Source: Candidatus Saccharimonadota bacterium
GTDB taxonomy: Bacteria > Bacteroidota > Bacteroidia > Flavobacteriales > Blattabacteriaceae
Reading direction: 5' to 3'
DNA length: 32,000 bases
Assembly (NCBI RefSeq): GCF_002243425.1
Contig: NZ_CP021172.1
Coordinates: forward strand, 186,035-218,034
The notes under the pieces were generated by a model that did no database searches, was not told the origin of the DNA, and saw only the letters and a list, made by a program, of their open reading frames with translations. The stretch's first letter is position 1. The number at the start of each line of letters is the position of its first letter. Position numbers and translations under genes: made by a program. Shown one piece after another: positions 28,608-32,000 of the stretch.

Positions 28608-30305
28608 TTAGATTAATCTAATCTCCTCTATAGAATCCCCAGGAGGAATCATAGGAAAAATATTATATTCTTTTTCTATAATTATTTCAAGTAAATATGA
28701 ATTTGTTTGATTTAACATAATTTTAATATATTTTTTTAATTTTTTTCTATAAAGAATTTTTTTAGACTTTATTCCATAAGCTTCACCAATTTTAATAAAA
28801 TCTGGATTTACAATCTTAGTATTGGAGTATCTTCTTTCAAAGAATAATTCTTGCCATTGTCTCACCATTCCTAAAAAATTATTATTTAATATAATTAGAT
28901 TTATAGAAATCTGTTGTTGCAGAATAGTACCTAATTCTTGTAGAGTCATTTGAATTCCTCCATCTCCAACTACACATATTATTTGACTATTTTTAGCACC
29001 TATTTTAGCACCTATAGAGGCTGGTAAAGCAAACCCCATTGTTCCCAATCCACCAGAAGTAATTTGACTTTTATTACAAGTAAAATTAAAATATCTAGAA
29101 GCAGACATTTGATGTTGTCCTACATCTGTTACTAAAACACTATTATCTTTTTTATATAAATTAATACAATTAATAACTTCACCCATAGTTATTCTTCTAT
29201 TAAGAGGATATAAATCAGATTTTATTACTTTTTTTTTTTCTATTTTTTTAAAAAAATTAAATTTTTCTATCCAATGAATTTTTCTATCTATCTTAAGATT
29301 AGATAATAATTGTTTTAAAATCTTTTTACAATTTCCTAATAAAAATATATTTGTATTAATATTCTTATTAATTTCAGATTCATCTATATCTATATGAATA
29401 ATCTTAGATTCTTTAGCATATTTAGTTATATCTCCTGTAACTCTATCATCAAAACGCATTCCTATTGCTATTATTACATCCGATTTGTTTGTTAACATAT
29501 TAGGTGCATAATGACCATGCATTCCTAACATTCCCATGTTTAAAATATCTACTGTTTTTAACGCACATAACCCTAACAGGGTACTAGCTGCAGGAATATT
29601 AGTTTTTTCTATAAATTTTTGTAATTCTTTTTCTGCATTAGCTAAAATGACTCCTTGCCCAATAAGAAGAAAAGGTTGACTAGAATTCTTAATAACAGTA
29701 GCTGCTTTTTTTATTCTTTTTCGATTTATACTTTTTTTATAAAAAAGTTTATTGATTTTAATAAATTTTTTATATTCTAAATTTGATAATTCTAGTTGTG
29801 CATCTTTTGTAATATCTATTAGAACTGGACCTGGTCTTCCAGATTTAGCTATAAAAAAACCTTTTGATATAATATATGATATATCTTTAGCTTTTGTTAC
29901 TTGATAATTCCATTTTGTAACAGGTAGAGAGATATCTATTATATCAGTTTCTTGAAAAGCATCAGTACCTAATAAATTAGATGAAACTTGTCCAGTAATG
30001 CATAGTATTGCTGTACTATCTATTAATGAATCGGCTAAGCCAGTAATTAAATTTGTGGCTCCAGGACCTGAAGTAGTAAAACATACGCCAACTTTTCCAC
30101 TAACTCTAGCATAACCTTGAGCAGCATGTATAGCACCTTGTTCATGACGTGTTAAAATATGTGATATATGTTTTTTATAAAAAAATAATGCATCATATAT
30201 AGGCATAATAGCTCCTCCAGGATATCCAAATATATATTTAGTATTTTCAATAATCAGTGTTTTTATTAGAATTTCTGATCCTTTCATATCATTTTTATGA
30301 TTCAT
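28608..30305 (-). CDS. ilvB: Acetolactate synthase large subunit
   Basis: GYPGGAIMPIYDAL, TSGPGATNL, and the TPP motif GDGGIQMTLQELGT...NNNFLGMVRQWQ. Confidence 0.95.
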   Translation of the reverse strand: MNHKNDMKGSEILIKTLIIENTKYIFGYPGGAIMPIYDALFFYKKHISHILTRHEQGAIHAAQGYARVSGKVGVCFTTSGPGATNLITGLADSLIDSTAILCITGQVSSNLLGTDAFQETDIIDISLPVTKWNYQVTKAKDISYIISKGFFIAKSGRPGPVLIDITKDAQLELSNLEYKKFIKINKLFYKKSINRKRIKKAATVIKNSSQPFLLIGQGVILANAEKELQKFIEKTNIPAASTLLGLCALKTVDILNMGMLGMHGHYAPNMLTNKSDVIIAIGMRFDDRVTGDITKYAKESKIIHIDIDESEINKNINTNIFLLGNCKKILKQLLSNLKIDRKIHWIEKFNFFKKIEKKKVIKSDLYPLNRRITMGEVINCINLYKKDNSVLVTDVGQHQMSASRYFNFTCNKSQITSGGLGTMGFALPASIGAKIGAKNSQIICVVGDGGIQMTLQELGTILQQQISINLIILNNNFLGMVRQWQELFFERRYSNTKIVNPDFIKIGEAYGIKSKKILYRKKLKKYIKIMLNQTNSYLLEIIIEKEYNIFPMIPPGDSIEEIRLI

Positions 30306-30317
30306 AATTAATTTACA

Positions 30318-32000
30318 TTACAATTTATCTGTTACACATCCATTATAAGCAGATGATACAGTTTTTGTATACTTATATAAATAACCTGAATTTACTCTTA
30401 AAGGTGGAGCAATCAAATTTTTTTTTCTATTTTTTATTTCTTTTTTTGATATTTTTAATGTTATAGTATTCTTTATTGCATCAATTATTATAATATCTCC
30501 ATTTTCTATTAAAGCAATTAATCCTCCATTTTGAGCCTCTGGAGTAATATGACCTACTACAAATCCATGAGATCCTCCTGAAAATCTCCCATCAGTTATT
30601 AAAGCAATTTTTTTACTTAAATTAGCCCCCATTATATAAGAAGTAGGTTTAAGCATTTCAGGCATTCCAGGACCCCCTCTAGGACCTACATATCTAATTA
30701 CTATTACATCTCCTTCTTTAATTTTATTATTAATTATTGCTTTATTAGCAGAGTTTTCTGAATTAAAAACTTGTGCAAATCCTGAAAAAATATCACCTTC
30801 TTTTCCAGTAATTTTAGCAACAGCTCCATAAGAGGCTATATTACCATATAAAATACGTATATGCCCATTTTTTTTTATAGGATTTAATAAAGGATATATA
30901 ATTTTTTCTTTAAAAGAAAGATCAGGTATATTTTCTAAATTTTGTTTTATTGTGTTTCCTGTTACAGTAATACAATCTCCTTCTATATATCCTTCTTTTA
31001 ATAAATATTTTATAATTATAGGAATTCCTCCCATATCTTGTATATCTTCCATTAAAAAATCTCCACTTGGTTTTAAATTAGCTATAATTGGAACATTATT
31101 ATTTAGATTTTGAATCTCATCTAATTTTAGATCTAAATTAGCAGTTTTAGCTATTGCTAAAATATGTATTACTAAATTTGTTGATCCTCCTAATGCTATT
31201 GCCAAAGTTATAGCATTTTTTATAGATTTATAAGTAATAATATCCAATGGTTTAATATTATTTTTTAAAATATTATTTATATAATAACCTATATTAATAC
31301 ATTCTTTTTTTTTAAAGCTACTATTAGCTAATGATGAAGATGAATATGGAATGGTAATTCCCATTGCTTCAAGACAAGAAGCCATTGTATTAGCTGTATA
31401 CATTCCTCCACAAGCTCCTGGACCAGGACAAGCATGTTTAATTATATTTTTATATTCTAATTCTGAAATTTTACCTATATTTTTTTCTCCTAAAGCTTCA
31501 AAAGCAGAAACTATATTTAATTTTTTACCATTATAATATCCTGATGATATACTACCTCCATATACTAATATAGAAGGTCTATTAATACGTAACATTGCCA
31601 TAACTATTCCAGGTATATTTTTATCACATCCTGGAATTCCTATTAATCCATCATAATGTTGAGTTTTAACAACACTTTCTATACTATCAGCTATTAATTC
31701 TCTTGATGGTAAAGAATATCTCATTCCAGATGTTCCCATAGACATACCATCACTAATACCTATAGTATTAAATTTAAACCCCACCATTCCAGTTTTTTTT
31801 ATAGATGATTTTATATTATTACTAATAATATGTAAATGCATATTACATGGATTACCTTCATACCAATTACTAACTATGCCAACTTGAGCTTGATTAAAAT
31901 CATATTCTTTTAACCCAGTAGCATACAGCATTGCTTGTGCAGCAGGTAAAGTCTTATTTTTAGTTAATTTAATACTAAATGTATTAATTATTTTCGCCAT
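30318..32000 (-). CDS. ilvD: Dihydroxy-acid dehydratase (the start codon is the last 3 nt of the window)
   Basis: GIPGCDKNIPG, CPGPGACGGMYTANTM, and ALITDGRFSGGSHGFVVGHITPEA motifs. 560 aa. Confidence 0.95.
   Translation of the reverse strand: MAKIINTFSIKLTKNKTLPAAQAMLYATGLKEYDFNQAQVGIVSNWYEGNPCNMHLHIISNNIKSSIKKTGMVGFKFNTIGISDGMSMGTSGMRYSLPSRELIADSIESVVKTQHYDGLIGIPGCDKNIPGIVMAMLRINRPSILVYGGSISSGYYNGKKLNIVSAFEALGEKNIGKISELEYKNIIKHACPGPGACGGMYTANTMASCLEAMGITIPYSSSSLANSSFKKKECINIGYYINNILKNNIKPLDIITYKSIKNAITLAIALGGSTNLVIHILAIAKTANLDLKLDEIQNLNNNVPIIANLKPSGDFLMEDIQDMGGIPIIIKYLLKEGYIEGDCITVTGNTIKQNLENIPDLSFKEKIIYPLLNPIKKNGHIRILYGNIASYGAVAKITGKEGDIFSGFAQVFNSENSANKAIINNKIKEGDVIVIRYVGPRGGPGMPEMLKPTSYIMGANLSKKIALITDGRFSGGSHGFVVGHITPEAQNGGLIALIENGDIIIIDAIKNTITLKISKKEIKNRKKNLIAPPLRVNSGYLYKYTKTVSSAYNGCVTDKL

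Overview
This is a very AT-rich, gene-dense window with almost no spacers and many overlapping start and stop codons. It looks like a strongly reduced Bacteroidota (Flavobacteriales-type) obligate insect endosymbiont genome, Sulcia- or Blattabacterium-like; the organism call is inference only. Standard code: TGA ends fusA, rplC and argH where homologs end, and Trp is TGG.

Bases 1-12871 (+) hold the fusA 3' end and a colinear S10-spc-alpha ribosomal cluster (rpsJ through rplQ, with secY, infA, rpmJ and rpoA). The rest is housekeeping and amino-acid biosynthesis: dapF, rsmH, RNase P RNA, mutL, argH, tRNA-Arg(ACG), pdhA plus E2, a TerC-like membrane protein, gapA, an HsdR_N-domain protein, holA, rlmB-like, pheS, and a contiguous ilvD-ilvB-ilvN-ilvC-ilvA operon on the minus strand.

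I found no CRISPR array, mobile element, toxin-antitoxin pair or recognisable defence system, and I do not claim a novel multi-gene system.

What stands out is ongoing genome erosion:
- A previously unmarked 6-phosphofructokinase relic lies upstream of gapA.
- A 1-pyrroline-5-carboxylate dehydrogenase pseudogene carries a 17-bp tandem duplication.
- MutL is reduced to its N-terminal ATPase domain.
- RpoA ends where the alpha C-terminal domain should begin.
- rpmC, rplX, rpmD and map are missing from their canonical slots.
- rplW carries an in-frame 21-bp tandem duplication.
- Essential genes contain very long poly(A) and poly(T) runs.

All homology statements come from reading the translations by eye against remembered family motifs. 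No search was run.
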